Program-made: the position numbers and the translations under genes
The notes under the pieces: generated by a model
What the model was told of the DNA's origin: nothing
What the model saw: the letters and a program-made list of their open reading frames with translations, nothing else
Databases searched by the model: none
Shown here: positions 37,260-48,179 of the stretch, in pieces
Layout: each line of letters starts with the position of its first letter
Numbering within the stretch: the stretch's first letter is position 1
Source of the DNA: Ignavibacteriota bacterium
Lineage (GTDB): Bacteria > Bacteroidota > Ignavibacteria > UBA10030 > CAVZMI01
Length of the DNA: 64,000 nucleotides
Direction of reading: 5' to 3'
Assembly (NCBI GenBank): GCA_963776275.1
Contig: CAVZMI010000023.1
Coordinates: forward strand, 128,001 to 192,000

Positions 37260-38486
37260 ATGAAAGCGATTATTAAGGAACGTCCTGAACAGGGGAAAGA
37301 ATGGGAAACGGGACTCCGATTTGTCGAAAAGCCCATACCGACGCTTCAAAAAGATACTGATGTCAAGCTTCAGATAGTTGCAAGTGCCATCTGCGGGACT
37401 GATCTTGGTATTTACAATTCGAAGGAATCACTGCGGGACCTAATGTCCGTTGCGATGAAGCCCGACGTGATTATCGGTCATGAATTTTGCAGTACACTCA
37501 GTGAGGCAGGGGCTGCGGCCCGCGTTCACCTTGCGGCGCTTCTCATTACAGAGGCAAGAGGGGATAGGGTAATTCAAAGATTCATCAAGGGTCGTTCGGC
37601 GAAGGGACTGGCAAAAGACACTCATTTTCTGGAGTTTCTATCAGAACATTTTTATTCGACGGCTGAAATGCACGTCACATGCGGGAAATGCTATCAATGC
37701 CGGACGGGGCAGAGACATATCTGCTCCAACACCATTATACGTGGAATCCAAGATGACGGTGCATTCACCCGGTATATAGTTCTACCAGCGGAGAATATCA
37801 GAATATTCAAGAAGGGTGATATTCCCCCTGATGTCATTGCATTTATGGATGCTATAGGGAATGCGACGCATACCGTGCAATCGGCAAACGTTAGAGGAAA
37901 AACAATTGCAATCACCGGACTCGGTGTTCAAGGGCTGATGGCAACGGCAATTGCCAAATCAGCCGGAGCAAAAAAAATATTTGTCACTGACGCGTCCCAC
38001 GGTGAGTTTACCTACGAGAAACTGGCGAACGGACGGTTTCGACTTGCACGTTTATACGGGGCGGACGATTGTTTTGATGTTCATATCGATAATGATAAAG
38101 ATCGGTTCTATAAAACGGTAAAAAAGGAGACCAATGGTGTCGGTGTCGATGCCGTGCTTGAAATGTCCGGCAACTACAAGGCGTATGAAGATGCATTTAG
38201 AGTGCTCAGGATGGGAGGTTGTATATCACTTCTCGGTCTCCCGGGTGGGATGATGGTAGTTGATTTTTCAAAAGATGTTATCTTTAAAGGAGTTACAATT
38301 CACGGAGTGATCGGCCGCCGCATCTGGGAGACATGGGATATGATGACTCATATTCTGAGGAAAGGATTGGCAAAGACCTTCATCGAGACAGGATTCATCA
38401 CGCATGATTTACTACTCGAGAAATATGAAGAAGGCTTCCAAGCCATTATGAATGGCGACGCACTTAAAGTGATATTGCGTCCGTAG
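37260..38486 (+). CDS. tdh: L-threonine 3-dehydrogenase-like Zn dehydrogenase (with internal insertion)
   Basis: ICGTD, GHEF, CGKCYQC...HIC, GNA.HT, LEMSG; adjacent to kbl. Confidence 0.8.
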   Translation: MKAIIKERPEQGKEWETGLRFVEKPIPTLQKDTDVKLQIVASAICGTDLGIYNSKESLRDLMSVAMKPDVIIGHEFCSTLSEAGAAARVHLAALLITEARGDRVIQRFIKGRSAKGLAKDTHFLEFLSEHFYSTAEMHVTCGKCYQCRTGQRHICSNTIIRGIQDDGAFTRYIVLPAENIRIFKKGDIPPDVIAFMDAIGNATHTVQSANVRGKTIAITGLGVQGLMATAIAKSAGAKKIFVTDASHGEFTYEKLANGRFRLARLYGADDCFDVHIDNDKDRFYKTVKKETNGVGVDAVLEMSGNYKAYEDAFRVLRMGGCISLLGLPGGMMVVDFSKDVIFKGVTIHGVIGRRIWETWDMMTHILRKGLAKTFIETGFITHDLLLEKYEEGFQAIMNGDALKVILRP

Positions 38487-38503
38487 AAAATCCAACGGAA
38501 GGA

Positions 38504-39739
38504 ATGACATGTATGCAACAATTGTATGAATTGCTCGTTGCTGAGCTTGATCAGCTCAGGCACTTAAAAACATACAAGTATGAAACGGAACTCGAAGGCC
38601 CGCAGGATGGTGTCGTGCGGGTTAAAGGACGCAGTGTCGTCATGCTTGCATCAAATAACTATATCGGAATGGCAAATCATCCCGCCATCAAGAAGTCCGC
38701 AATTGATGGCATTAAGAAATATGGATATGGAATGGCGTCGGTACGTTTTATATGCGGTACGCAGACAATTCATCGTACCCTGGAAAAAAAGATCGCAAAG
38801 TTTGTTGGAACTGAAGATGCGATTCTCTTTTCTTCGTGCTGGTCGGCAAACGAGGCATTTTTTGCTGCATTAAGTAATGAAAAATTTGGGACAGAAAGCT
38901 ATAAGGATGTCATCTATAGTGATCGTTTGAATCACGCCAGTATCATTGATGGACAACGCCTGACCCGATCAGATACCTGCGATCGCAAGATATATCAACA
39001 TGCCGATCTCAACGATCTTGCACGCCAACTTGAGGATGATAAAGGAAAGGATTATCGCTTCCGCATGATTGCAACAGATGGTGTTTTTAGCATGGAAGGA
39101 GATCTTGCGCCGCTCGATAAGCTGGTAGAAATTGCACGGCAATATCAGGCTATTCTTTTCGTTGATGATTCGCATGCGGTTGGGGTTGTCGGGAAGACCG
39201 GTCGTGGCACACCCGAACATTTTAATGTACTGGGTAAGGTGGATATCATTACAGGTACACTGGGGAAAGCCATCGGTGGTGCTTCAGGAGGATATATTGC
39301 CGGAAGAAAAGAGCTTGTTGATTATATGCGACAGAAAGCTCGAACGTATATCTTTTCAAATTCACTCCCGCCGTCAATCGTCACGGCGTGCATAGCCAGT
39401 TTCGATTTGCTCTCTAGGGATAAATCGATAGTCCGGCGGTTGCATGAAAACACTGCGTATTTCCGGCAGGAGATCAAGAGACTAGGATTCACAATTCTTG
39501 AAGGGACACACCCAATTGTGCCGATTATGCTCGGTGAAGCGGCACTTGCTCAGGATATGTCGGCTGCTTTATTGAAAGAGGGTGTTTATGTCAAGGGATT
39601 ATGGTATCCCGTTGTTCCGAAAGGTGAAGCACGACTTCGGGCTCAAATATCTGCAGCATTGAAAAAAAACGACATCGATCGGGCACTTGCGGCATTCAAA
39701 AAAGTGGGAATGAAATTCGGAGTGATCCGAAAAAATTGA
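38504..39739 (+). CDS. kbl: 2-amino-3-ketobutyrate CoA ligase
   Basis: GMASVRFICGTQ, DGVFSMEG, DDSHA, GTLGKA.GGASGG. Confidence 0.92.
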   Translation: MTCMQQLYELLVAELDQLRHLKTYKYETELEGPQDGVVRVKGRSVVMLASNNYIGMANHPAIKKSAIDGIKKYGYGMASVRFICGTQTIHRTLEKKIAKFVGTEDAILFSSCWSANEAFFAALSNEKFGTESYKDVIYSDRLNHASIIDGQRLTRSDTCDRKIYQHADLNDLARQLEDDKGKDYRFRMIATDGVFSMEGDLAPLDKLVEIARQYQAILFVDDSHAVGVVGKTGRGTPEHFNVLGKVDIITGTLGKAIGGASGGYIAGRKELVDYMRQKARTYIFSNSLPPSIVTACIASFDLLSRDKSIVRRLHENTAYFRQEIKRLGFTILEGTHPIVPIMLGEAALAQDMSAALLKEGVYVKGLWYPVVPKGEARLRAQISAALKKNDIDRALAAFKKVGMKFGVIRKN

Positions 39740-39797
39740 TACTTACCCTGTTTTTCAATATCTTATTCTACGGATGTAGTACATAAAAAGGAAGCGA

Positions 39798-40898
39798 ATG
39801 AAGCCGTTGACCAAGGAAAATATACTCGAGGCATTAAGACAGGTTCATGATCCTGATCTCAATCGTGATATTGTGACACTTAATTTTGTGAAAGATATTA
39901 CTATTAATGGAAACAATATAGCGGTAACCGTCGAACTTACAACTCCAGCTTGTCCCGTCCGGGATGAGTTGAAAAGTTCCTGTGTTCGTGTTATTAAGGA
40001 AAATATTGAGGGAGTCGGAAATATCGCTGTTACAATGACGTCGAATGTCGTAAGTCGTGACAATGTTCAGCCGGGGATAATTCTCCCCGGCGTGAAACAT
40101 ACGGTTGCGATTGCATCGGGAAAAGGGGGAGTTGGCAAATCGACAATAGCTGTGAATCTGGCCGTTGCCCTCGCACGTGACGGGGCAAAAGTGGGACTGG
40201 TAGATGCCGATGTCTATGGTCCGAGCATTCCTGTTATGATGGGGATTGATGATAGACCGAGACTGCGAAATAACAAGATAATTCCACTAGAAAACCACGG
40301 CGTCAAAGTCATGTCGATTGGATTCCTCATCGATCCGTTGCAGGCAATAATATGGCGGGGACCCATGGCGAGTAGTGCAGTAAAACAGTTCCTCACCGAT
40401 GTCGACTGGGGAGAACTCGATTATCTACTTTTTGATCTTCCGCCCGGGACCGGAGATGTCCAACTAACGCTTGTTCAAACAATTCCCTTAACAGGTGCCG
40501 TTATCGTAACAACTCCGCAGGATATATCGCTTTCCGATGCCAGAAAAGGACTTATGATGTTCCGGAAAGTCAATGTTCCGATTCTTGGTATTATTGAGAA
40601 TATGAGTTATTTTATCTGTTCACATTGCGGGCATCGTGAAGAGATTTTCAGCTATGGTGGTGGGAAAAGGACTGCCAGAGAACTTGAGACTGTCTTTTTG
40701 GGGGAAATACCAATTCATACCGATATCCGGATTGGTAGTGACGTTGGGAGACCGATCGTGATTGCCGAAACCGATACGGAACTTTCCGAAATCATCCAAA
40801 AGATTGCCCGGGCGATGGCTGCACAGCTTAGTATTCATACTATCAACGCTCCGCCTGTTCCGACAAAGTCAGGACGGATGTCCGGTGCATCCCGCTAA
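39798..40898 (+). CDS. mrp: Mrp/ApbC Fe-S cluster carrier ATPase
   Basis: LTTPACP, GKGGVGKST, WRGPM, DLPPGTGD, ENMS...C..C. Confidence 0.93.
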   Translation: MKPLTKENILEALRQVHDPDLNRDIVTLNFVKDITINGNNIAVTVELTTPACPVRDELKSSCVRVIKENIEGVGNIAVTMTSNVVSRDNVQPGIILPGVKHTVAIASGKGGVGKSTIAVNLAVALARDGAKVGLVDADVYGPSIPVMMGIDDRPRLRNNKIIPLENHGVKVMSIGFLIDPLQAIIWRGPMASSAVKQFLTDVDWGELDYLLFDLPPGTGDVQLTLVQTIPLTGAVIVTTPQDISLSDARKGLMMFRKVNVPILGIIENMSYFICSHCGHREEIFSYGGGKRTARELETVFLGEIPIHTDIRIGSDVGRPIVIAETDTELSEIIQKIARAMAAQLSIHTINAPPVPTKSGRMSGASR

Positions 40899-40918
40899 TA
40901 GCGGTACGGAGAAACCCA

Positions 40919-41170
40919 ATGAACACCATTAATGAAACAAGCGAAACACTACAGGAACGAGTGAAAAAAGTTCTTGAGTCCGTCCGTCCATATCTTCAAG
41001 CCGATGGCGGTGATGTCGATCTTGTCAAGATTACCGATGACGGAATTGTCTCGGTTCATCTTATTGGAGCGTGCGGATCATGTCCAATGGCGATGATGAC
41101 GCTTCGTGCAGGGATTGAACGTGCGCTTATGCGTGAAATACCCGAAGTAAAACGAGTCGAAGCTGTATAA
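40919..41170 (+). CDS. NifU-like (Nfu) Fe-S protein
   Basis: VRPYLQADGGD, GACGSCP. Confidence 0.9.
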   Translation: MNTINETSETLQERVKKVLESVRPYLQADGGDVDLVKITDDGIVSVHLIGACGSCPMAMMTLRAGIERALMREIPEVKRVEAV

Positions 41171-41191
41171 TCAAAAAGAGATGTAAAAACG

Positions 41192-41226
41192 AAAGGCGGT
41201 TCATATGCAATGAACCGCCTTTTTTC
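41192..41226. terminator. Bidirectional terminator
   Basis: AAAGGCGGTTCAT..ATGAACCGCCTTTTT between convergent genes. Confidence 0.8.
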
Positions 41227-41258
41227 TTTCCTGTCAAAGACTGATGTGGAGAATAGTT

Positions 41259-42146
41259 CTAATGTCCGTATGTATTACCGCATGATTTGTTTTTATTATT
41301 ATTTCCACAACTACCACCATTACCAGAACGGCCGGTATTATTTCCGCAACCGCCGTCATTACCATAATGATCGGTATTATTTCCGCAACCGCCGTCATTA
41401 CCATAATGATCGGTATTATTTCCGCAACCGCCGCCATTACCATAATGATCGGTATTATTTCCGCAACCGCCGCCATTACCATAATGATCGGTATTATTTC
41501 CACAACCGCCGCAATTGCCAGAATGCCCGGTATTGTTTCCATAAGCGTTGCCGCCATTACCATAACAGCCATTATTGTTTCCGCAATAGCCGTCCCAATT
41601 GCCCCAACCATAGCCGTTCCAACCGTCCCAACAATATCCATTGCCACAGCCCCAATGACAACTATCGTTCGTGACATCATTCTCGGGTACAGATTCTGCC
41701 ACGGTAATTGATAAAGGTGTGACATTCATGACATTTCCAATGAGAATAACATCATAAGTTCCTATAGCTGGAAGAGTGATATTTGCCGTCCATTGACCTG
41801 TCGCTGCATCATCGAGGACAGCCTGGTCTGACGTTGCATCGCCAATAATAATAACGGCATCGACACCACTGGTCACCGGGTTCCCTCCCGAATCGACGAC
41901 GATAAACTTTACCGGGACTTGCATTCCAGGAGTGAAAGGTTTATCGAGCGAAATAGGTGGTCGCCATCCACCAAAGATAAGCGCTGATCCACCCATAATA
42001 AAATTAACTCGAGGAAGATTGACGGTATTCGAATTGAGATTTGAATTGGAACTTAAGATCGGATTATCAATATTATCCTGACAACCAGTTAAAAAACCCC
42101 CCATGCATAAAATCAACAACATAAACAACGAAATTCCTTTTATCAT
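41259..42146 (-). CDS. Orphan lipoprotein with a Cys/Gly/Asn/His tandem-repeat tail
   Basis: GGAG RBS, lipobox LTGC, Ig-like middle, (GNGGGCGNNTDHY)n. Confidence 0.75.
   Translation of the reverse strand: MIKGISLFMLLILCMGGFLTGCQDNIDNPILSSNSNLNSNTVNLPRVNFIMGGSALIFGGWRPPISLDKPFTPGMQVPVKFIVVDSGGNPVTSGVDAVIIIGDATSDQAVLDDAATGQWTANITLPAIGTYDVILIGNVMNVTPLSITVAESVPENDVTNDSCHWGCGNGYCWDGWNGYGWGNWDGYCGNNNGCYGNGGNAYGNNTGHSGNCGGCGNNTDHYGNGGGCGNNTDHYGNGGGCGNNTDHYGNDGGCGNNTDHYGNDGGCGNNTGRSGNGGSCGNNNKNKSCGNTYGH
41295..41606. repeat. 39-bp coding tandem repeat (~8 units, 4 nearly identical)
   Basis: GGTATTATTTCCGCAACCGCCG(T/C)CATTACCATAATGATC at 41334, 41373, 41412 and 41451. Confidence 0.9.
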
Positions 42147-42395
42147 TTCACCATCTCCATTGTTGGGTTATTAATAATTTAAAAACCCCCCATTCGAAAT
42201 AAATTATCGTAAAAAAATTGATAAGTAACAAGAGGTATATCAAGAAATTCAATCGGCTTTGCATTAATTTTATATCTCGTAAATAATCACGATATAAAAA
42301 AATATTAAAAAAGTAGCACCGTAGGAAGGCCAGGGTATTTTTTTAAGGATATTCCCTGTAATTGGTAAGAAAATATAAATCTTCACTGGATGGTG

Positions 42396-43055
42396 TTACA
42401 TTGTCATTTCTGAAAGCTTTCCATCTTTAAGCTGTACAACGCGGGCTCTAAGTTTCTTTATAAGTTCATGATTATGAGTAGCCATGAGTACTGCTGTACC
42501 GTGATTGTTAATTTCCTCCAGTGTTTGCATGATCTCTGCCGCTGATTCGGGATCGAGATTTCCGGTGGGTTCATCTGCTAGGAGGATGAACGGCTCGTTA
42601 ACCAGCGCGCGTGCAATTGCGACTCGCTGTTTCTCACCCCCGGAAATTTCATGCGGGAAAGAATTTCGTTTATGACTCAAGCCGACATCCGCAAGAACTC
42701 TCAGAACCCGCTTTTTAATCGTGCTCTTTCTGGAACCTGTCACGTGAAGCGCAAAGGCAACATTCTCAAAAACCGACCGGTCTTCAAATAACTTGAAATC
42801 TTGAAAGACCACGCCAATCTTTCTCCGGAGATAAGGAATTTGTCGGCGTCTTATTGTGGAGGAGGAATAATCGCCCACTTCAACTTCGCCGGTCTGAGGG
42901 AACAGATCCATGTAGATCAGCCGAAGCAGTGTGCTTTTTCCGACTCCTGTTACACCGATAAGAAATACAAATTCTCCCTGAAGTATTGTCAGATCCACGC
43001 CGTCAAGAACTTTTCGTGAATCGAAGGAATACTCAACATTTTTTATGGTGATCAT
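42396..43055 (-). CDS. ftsE: Cell division ATP-binding protein FtsE
   Basis: [38 protein letters not shown]. Confidence 0.92.
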   Translation of the reverse strand: MITIKNVEYSFDSRKVLDGVDLTILQGEFVFLIGVTGVGKSTLLRLIYMDLFPQTGEVEVGDYSSSTIRRRQIPYLRRKIGVVFQDFKLFEDRSVFENVAFALHVTGSRKSTIKKRVLRVLADVGLSHKRNSFPHEISGGEKQRVAIARALVNEPFILLADEPTGNLDPESAAEIMQTLEEINNHGTAVLMATHNHELIKKLRARVVQLKDGKLSEMTM

Positions 43056-44092
43056 ATGTATGCCTTTGATTTATCGATTGTTGATCGATTTCGTGAGGAA
43101 TGAAGCCTTCGGCGGCATGCTATGTGCCCCGCCATTACAATAGCTTCAACCATGCTGTTGGGATTTGCAATGTTTTTCCCTGCGATTTCAAATGCTGTCC
43201 CATGATCAGGTGATGTTCGAATAATTTGTAGACCGGCCGAGAAATTTACTCCACGACCGCGCGCAGTCATTTTTAACGGGATTAATCCCTGATCATGATA
43301 CATCGCTATAACTGCGTCGTATCGATGTGGAAACCACTGACTGAAAAATCCATCGGCTGGAAATCGGACCGCTAACCTTCAGGTTCTGGAGTCGTAGAAA
43401 TTCCACAGCAGGCTTTACAATGGTTAAATCTTCGTTTCCGATTAATCCTTCTTCACTCGCATGCGGATTTAAAGCAAGAAGCGCAATGGATGGTGTTCGA
43501 ATGCTAAAGTCATGCCGGAGTGTGAAATCGACGATAACAGTCGTCTCAAATATCTTCTCGATGGACAACGTTGAGGAAACGTCGCGGAGCGGCAGATGGA
43601 TTGTGACGAGACCGACCCGCATTGTCCTCGAAATAAGCATCATAACGACTTTTTGATTGCCGGAGAGTGCAGAAAGCATCTCTGTTTGTCCCGGATACCC
43701 GAATCCCGCCGCGTTTAATGTTTCTTTCGATATGGGGGCAGTTACCATTGCATCAACGACATGAGTACGGCAGAGATTTGCCGCATATTCAATGGCCCGG
43801 CCAGCACACAATCCTGCAGTGGAAGACAATCGACCAATCGAAATATCTCCCGCTGTCGCCGTCGGTATATCGAGAACCGGAATCGCCCGTCGATATTTCT
43901 TTGGAACCTCTGTAACTTTCTCGAGTGAGACGGGATATCGGAATTTCTTCCTGAAGAATTGAAAAATATCAAATGGCCCGATAAGGATAAAATGGTGATG
44001 CTGAAGAAGAGATCGGCGGGAGAGAGCTTTGAGCGTTATCTCAGGCCGACACCATTGAAATCACCGATTGTAATGGCAATTCGGGGTATCAT
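43052..44092 (-). CDS. pdxA: 4-hydroxythreonine-4-phosphate dehydrogenase (several frameshifts)
   Basis: [45 protein letters not shown] spread over several frames. Confidence 0.88.
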
Positions 44093-45453
44093 ATCTGTTC
44101 TACCCTCATCAAGGTATAACCCCCGTTCCGACTCTCATCTATGAAAATAAAACGTTTGTGTAGTTCAGGATATGTCCATATTTCAATGGGTGCTCCATTG
44201 GTAGGGAATAACCTCTCGGGAGAAGAGGGAATTCCGAAGAGAATCGATATTTTTCCCCGATCGGTTTTAGCTCCATCGGGAGATTTAATCGAAGCATACG
44301 CCGACTGTGCATAATCGATTCGCGAGTAATATTCTTCGAGCGCTTCATTGTATGCCGTACAGGGAGTCGGATCTTTTAATTTCCAGTATTTTTCGAAGGT
44401 ACGTATCTGTTCGTTGCGATCTAGCGCCTTAAGTGAATCAAATTCATTTTTACTGAGCTCATATATCAACATATCGATTGCATAATCAATCCTCATTAAT
44501 GAACGGGGCATCGACGGCCATCGTATGGTCATGAGTTTGCCGATTGTAATTTTTTTCTCTCCGTGAAGAATTTTCACTTCAATCATATATTGACCATAAT
44601 CAATCTGATCACCGTTAACATTGATGATTGCCGAACGGTTTCCATCCTGCGAGGGGATCAATGGAAATGCTGTCAATGAGTCATTAGAAAGTGAACCGAT
44701 TTGTGATCGATGAAGAATCAGAAAAGGAATGCTGTCATGAAACGAAAGATTTTTCTCGGCTGGATGATGCTCGTACTTGAAGAATTTAATCGTAATATTA
44801 CGGAGTGTATCGTAATCCGAGTGGGTTTCGAAATATAGCCTGAAATTTTCGCCTAAAAAAGCGTCCCCACCCCGTAAAAGTGGGTGGAGAACCTTTTCAT
44901 CGGTCGAATCGGGAGAGAGTATGATAATGTCCGATGTCGTGTACGGTTTTCGAAAATCCTTCAATATTTTTCTGAATGTATGATTGAATTTTCTTGTCGA
45001 TTCCAGATCACTTACCTCCACGATACAATCATACGTTCCCGGATCAAGATCGAAACATACTGTGTGGGTGATCGACTGCTGATGGATGTCGTTCTCGGCA
45101 AGAGGAGATAAACGGTTTAATTCCTTATGGACAATGTGCCTGGTTATTGAATTTTTAATTGTATCAAGGATTTCGATGCTTATTTCACCTTTAGCCGAAT
45201 ATGCAGCATTCTGACCGGGATTTTTCATAAATATGAAAAACGTCTGTGGAATATCGAATATGATAAGAAGTCGGCTCTTAAGACTGTCGAGTGAGGCGAG
45301 ATTAATAAGGTCGACATGGATGGGAGGCATCCCTGGTTTTTCCTGAAAATCCGGGGCATTCCGTGGAAATCTCTCTTGCTGACTCAGTGCAGAGCACGCT
45401 GTCAGAAAAATCAATGTGAGAAAGGAGCAGATGCTCATGCGGACGGTCTTCAT
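44089..45453 (-). CDS. GWxTD-domain lipoprotein
   Basis: W...DPTP.T..NE..EEYY.R..YA, G.KTDRG.I.I.FG.P, EIW.Y. Confidence 0.85.
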   Translation of the reverse strand: MKTVRMSICSFLTLIFLTACSALSQQERFPRNAPDFQEKPGMPPIHVDLINLASLDSLKSRLLIIFDIPQTFFIFMKNPGQNAAYSAKGEISIEILDTIKNSITRHIVHKELNRLSPLAENDIHQQSITHTVCFDLDPGTYDCIVEVSDLESTRKFNHTFRKILKDFRKPYTTSDIIILSPDSTDEKVLHPLLRGGDAFLGENFRLYFETHSDYDTLRNITIKFFKYEHHPAEKNLSFHDSIPFLILHRSQIGSLSNDSLTAFPLIPSQDGNRSAIINVNGDQIDYGQYMIEVKILHGEKKITIGKLMTIRWPSMPRSLMRIDYAIDMLIYELSKNEFDSLKALDRNEQIRTFEKYWKLKDPTPCTAYNEALEEYYSRIDYAQSAYASIKSPDGAKTDRGKISILFGIPSSPERLFPTNGAPIEIWTYPELHKRFIFIDESRNGGYTLMRVEQI

Positions 45454-45577
45454 ATGGCATAAGATAGATGATCAGTACCAATATATAATGTACATGCTTG
45501 CATATCGAAATGCAACCGCTGAACTAGGGATGTCTTCATTCCGATTGATGTAGCGCCAATGATGCAGGTGAAAAGTA

Positions 45578-47095
45578 CTATTGGAGTCGTTTCCAGTGCC
45601 GAAGCATTTCAGTCAATAATCGGACACCGACACCCGTACCTCCTTTGGGGATATAGTCGAGTGGTTCCTCGAGCATTGCAGTACCAGCAATATCGAGATG
45701 GACCCATGGGTAATCACCGGCAAATTTTTTCAAGAAACATCCGGCAGTAATCGCACCGGCCCATCGTCCCCCGGTGTTTTTCACATCGGCGATTTCGCTC
45801 TTAATGTGTTTCTCATATTCTTCGAAAAGAGGGAGCCGCCACACTCGCTCATAAGTCTTTTCACCCGCTATGGTCAACCTGGTCATAAGCTCCTCATTCG
45901 TTCCCATCATCCCTGTTGCATGGTGTCCGAGTGCGACGACGCAGGCTCCTGTCAATGTGGCGAGATCGATGATTGCATCGGGTTTGAAGCTCGAAGCGTA
46001 TGCCAGGGCATCGGCAAGAATAAGGCGTCCTTCCGCGTCTGTGTTATCGACTTCGGTCGTAGTGCCGTTATAATGACGAATGATGTCTCCCGGTTTAAGG
46101 GCGCGGCTACCGGGCATATTTTCGGTCGCAGGAATGAGACCTATGAGATGAATATTAAGTCTGAGTCGGGCGCACGCTTCAAATACCCCAATGACAGCAG
46201 CGGCACCGGACATATCCATTTTCATCTCTGCCATTCCTGACGACGGTTTGAGGGAAATGCCCCCTGAATCGAAAGTAATACCCTTTCCGACAAGGATAAT
46301 CGTATCGGTCTTTTTCTGTCCATATTCAAGAATGATAAATCGAGGCGGTTTTGAGCTTCCCTGACTCACTGCAAGTAATCCACCCATCCCCAGCTGTTTG
46401 ATTTTCTGTGAGTTAAATACTGACACTCTGAATCCATACCTGCGGGCAAGACGCCGGGTGATTCGGGCGAGCGTTTCAGGATAAATCTCGTTTGCAGGAG
46501 CATTTTCCAGATCACGCGCCAGAGAAGTTGCATCGTAGAAGAACCGACGCATATGCAACACTGCGGATCCCCTCGGCATGTCGCCGGCCATTGCCGTCAA
46601 ACACAGTAAGCGAGGTGATCTTTTTTATCTTTTTCTCTTTATTTGTGATATATTTGTCGAATATATAAAGAGATAGTGATGCTCCTTCCGCAATAGCCTG
46701 AACCATATCGGCATATGAGCATTGTAGAATATTCTTGACAGCGGTATAATCAAACACCTCAATTGCGAGCGATTGAATTTTATAGCTTCGTGCCCGTTTT
46801 GCTGCTCCAGCTGTGGCTCGGCGTATTTTCTCGAGGGTCAGTTTTTTTTGATCACCGAGTCCTACAATTATCAACCGCCGGCAATGGAGTCCGACTTTTG
46901 GATATATAACGACGAGTTCTCCTTCCTTACCTCGAAAATCTTTCGTCTTGATGTATGGTGCAAGCTGATTTCCTGCTATCTGATCGAGTTCTGCAGTTCG
47001 TGCTCGGAATTGTCCGGCATTCTCGCAGACAAACACTGCGGCAGCGTCGGTTCTTTTATGCGGCGTAGTGATGCATGTTGAAATTGAAGTCTCAT
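45578..47095 (-). CDS. pepA: Leucyl aminopeptidase (frameshifted)
   Basis: VGKGITFDSGG, MKMDM.G, NTDAEGRL.LAD, ATLTGA, HLDIAG; N-terminal part in other frames. Confidence 0.9.
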
Positions 47096-47114
47096 TTTTT
47101 CCCTCACAGTTTGC

Positions 47115-48137
47115 TCAATGTATAAATGAACTCACACGTGCAAGCACCCGTTGGATAACGACATCGAGAGGAACGCCGTTTATCCGTGCGCCGGCTGCAT
47201 TTATATGGCCGTTGCCGCCAAATTCTTGTGCGAGTTTGTTGATAGGGATATCTCCTTTTGATCGAAAACTAATTTTCACTTCGTCAGGTTGCTCTATGAA
47301 TAGCAGTCCGACGCGAATACCGCCAATTCCGAGTATATAGTTTGTAAATCCGTCGGTATCTACATCAGATGTTTGCGTTTCCTTGAACATTTTCCGGGTA
47401 ATGACGCCATATGAGACTGTCCCATCATGTGTTGTGGCGAGTCCTGAAAGCATTTGCCCGAGTAAACGCATCCGGTTGATCGGTCCACATTCGTACACAT
47501 GACTGTAAATTTCAGTCGGATCAGCCCCATGTTGAATCAAATCGGCAGTGATCTGGTGGATCTCCGGATCAGTTTTTGGAAATCTGAATGATCCAGTATC
47601 GGTCATGATTGCGGTATATAAAGCTGTTGAAACCTCGGCAGTGAGAACATTCGGATCTATTTGCTGAATCAGCCGATAGATGATCTCACCCGTGGCGGTT
47701 GCTTCAAAATCGATGATCGAAAATGGCCCGACATTTACAGGTTCGGGATGATGGTCGATGATAATTTTTAGCGCCGGACTTTCAAAGACAGCCTGTCCCA
47801 TCGAGCGTAATCGAATGGGGGCATTGGTATCGACGAGGAAAATCACTTCGGCGTTTAATATCAGCGGCCGGTGTCGTGAAGCATCATACAATTCGATAAA
47901 ACCATGCGGATCCAGAAAAAGAAAATTGGGGGGAGTAGTGTCGTAATTGATAATTCGGACATCCTTATTGCGGGTACGGAGCAATGCTGCGAGGGCAAGT
48001 TGACTTCCAAGTCCGTCGCCATCGGGATTCACATGGGTTGTCAGAACAAACCGGTGATGCGATTCAATGAGAGATCGAAAGTGATCCACGAGAAACTCCC
48101 TATAAAAACCGGAGATACCAAAAAGCCCCGTAGGCAA
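47115..48137 (-). CDS. nrnA: DHH/DHHA1 phosphoesterase (NrnA-like)
   Basis: H.NPDGD, IDHH, TDTGSF, SFRS, GGNGH..AAG. Confidence 0.88.
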   Translation of the reverse strand: MPTGLFGISGFYREFLVDHFRSLIESHHRFVLTTHVNPDGDGLGSQLALAALLRTRNKDVRIINYDTTPPNFLFLDPHGFIELYDASRHRPLILNAEVIFLVDTNAPIRLRSMGQAVFESPALKIIIDHHPEPVNVGPFSIIDFEATATGEIIYRLIQQIDPNVLTAEVSTALYTAIMTDTGSFRFPKTDPEIHQITADLIQHGADPTEIYSHVYECGPINRMRLLGQMLSGLATTHDGTVSYGVITRKMFKETQTSDVDTDGFTNYILGIGGIRVGLLFIEQPDEVKISFRSKGDIPINKLAQEFGGNGHINAAGARINGVPLDVVIQRVLARVSSFIH

Positions 48138-48179
48138 ATGTCGGGGCTGTGTATGGAAAAATCTGTCAGACCATCGGAC

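Noticed and set aside
41295-41606. 39-bp repeats as a CRISPR array
   Set aside because: Units are contiguous with no unique spacers, their length is a multiple of 3 inside an ORF, and there are no cas genes.
41210-41725. Alternative-frame ORFs over the tandem repeat (RYYFRNRRHYHND and IIPIIMVM types)
   Set aside because: Shadow frames of a stop-free repeat; only 41259-42146 has an RBS and a lipobox.
43052-47095. pdxA and pepA as true pseudogenes or programmed frameshifts
   Set aside because: Single-base indels in short homopolymers across several housekeeping genes are better explained by sequencing error.
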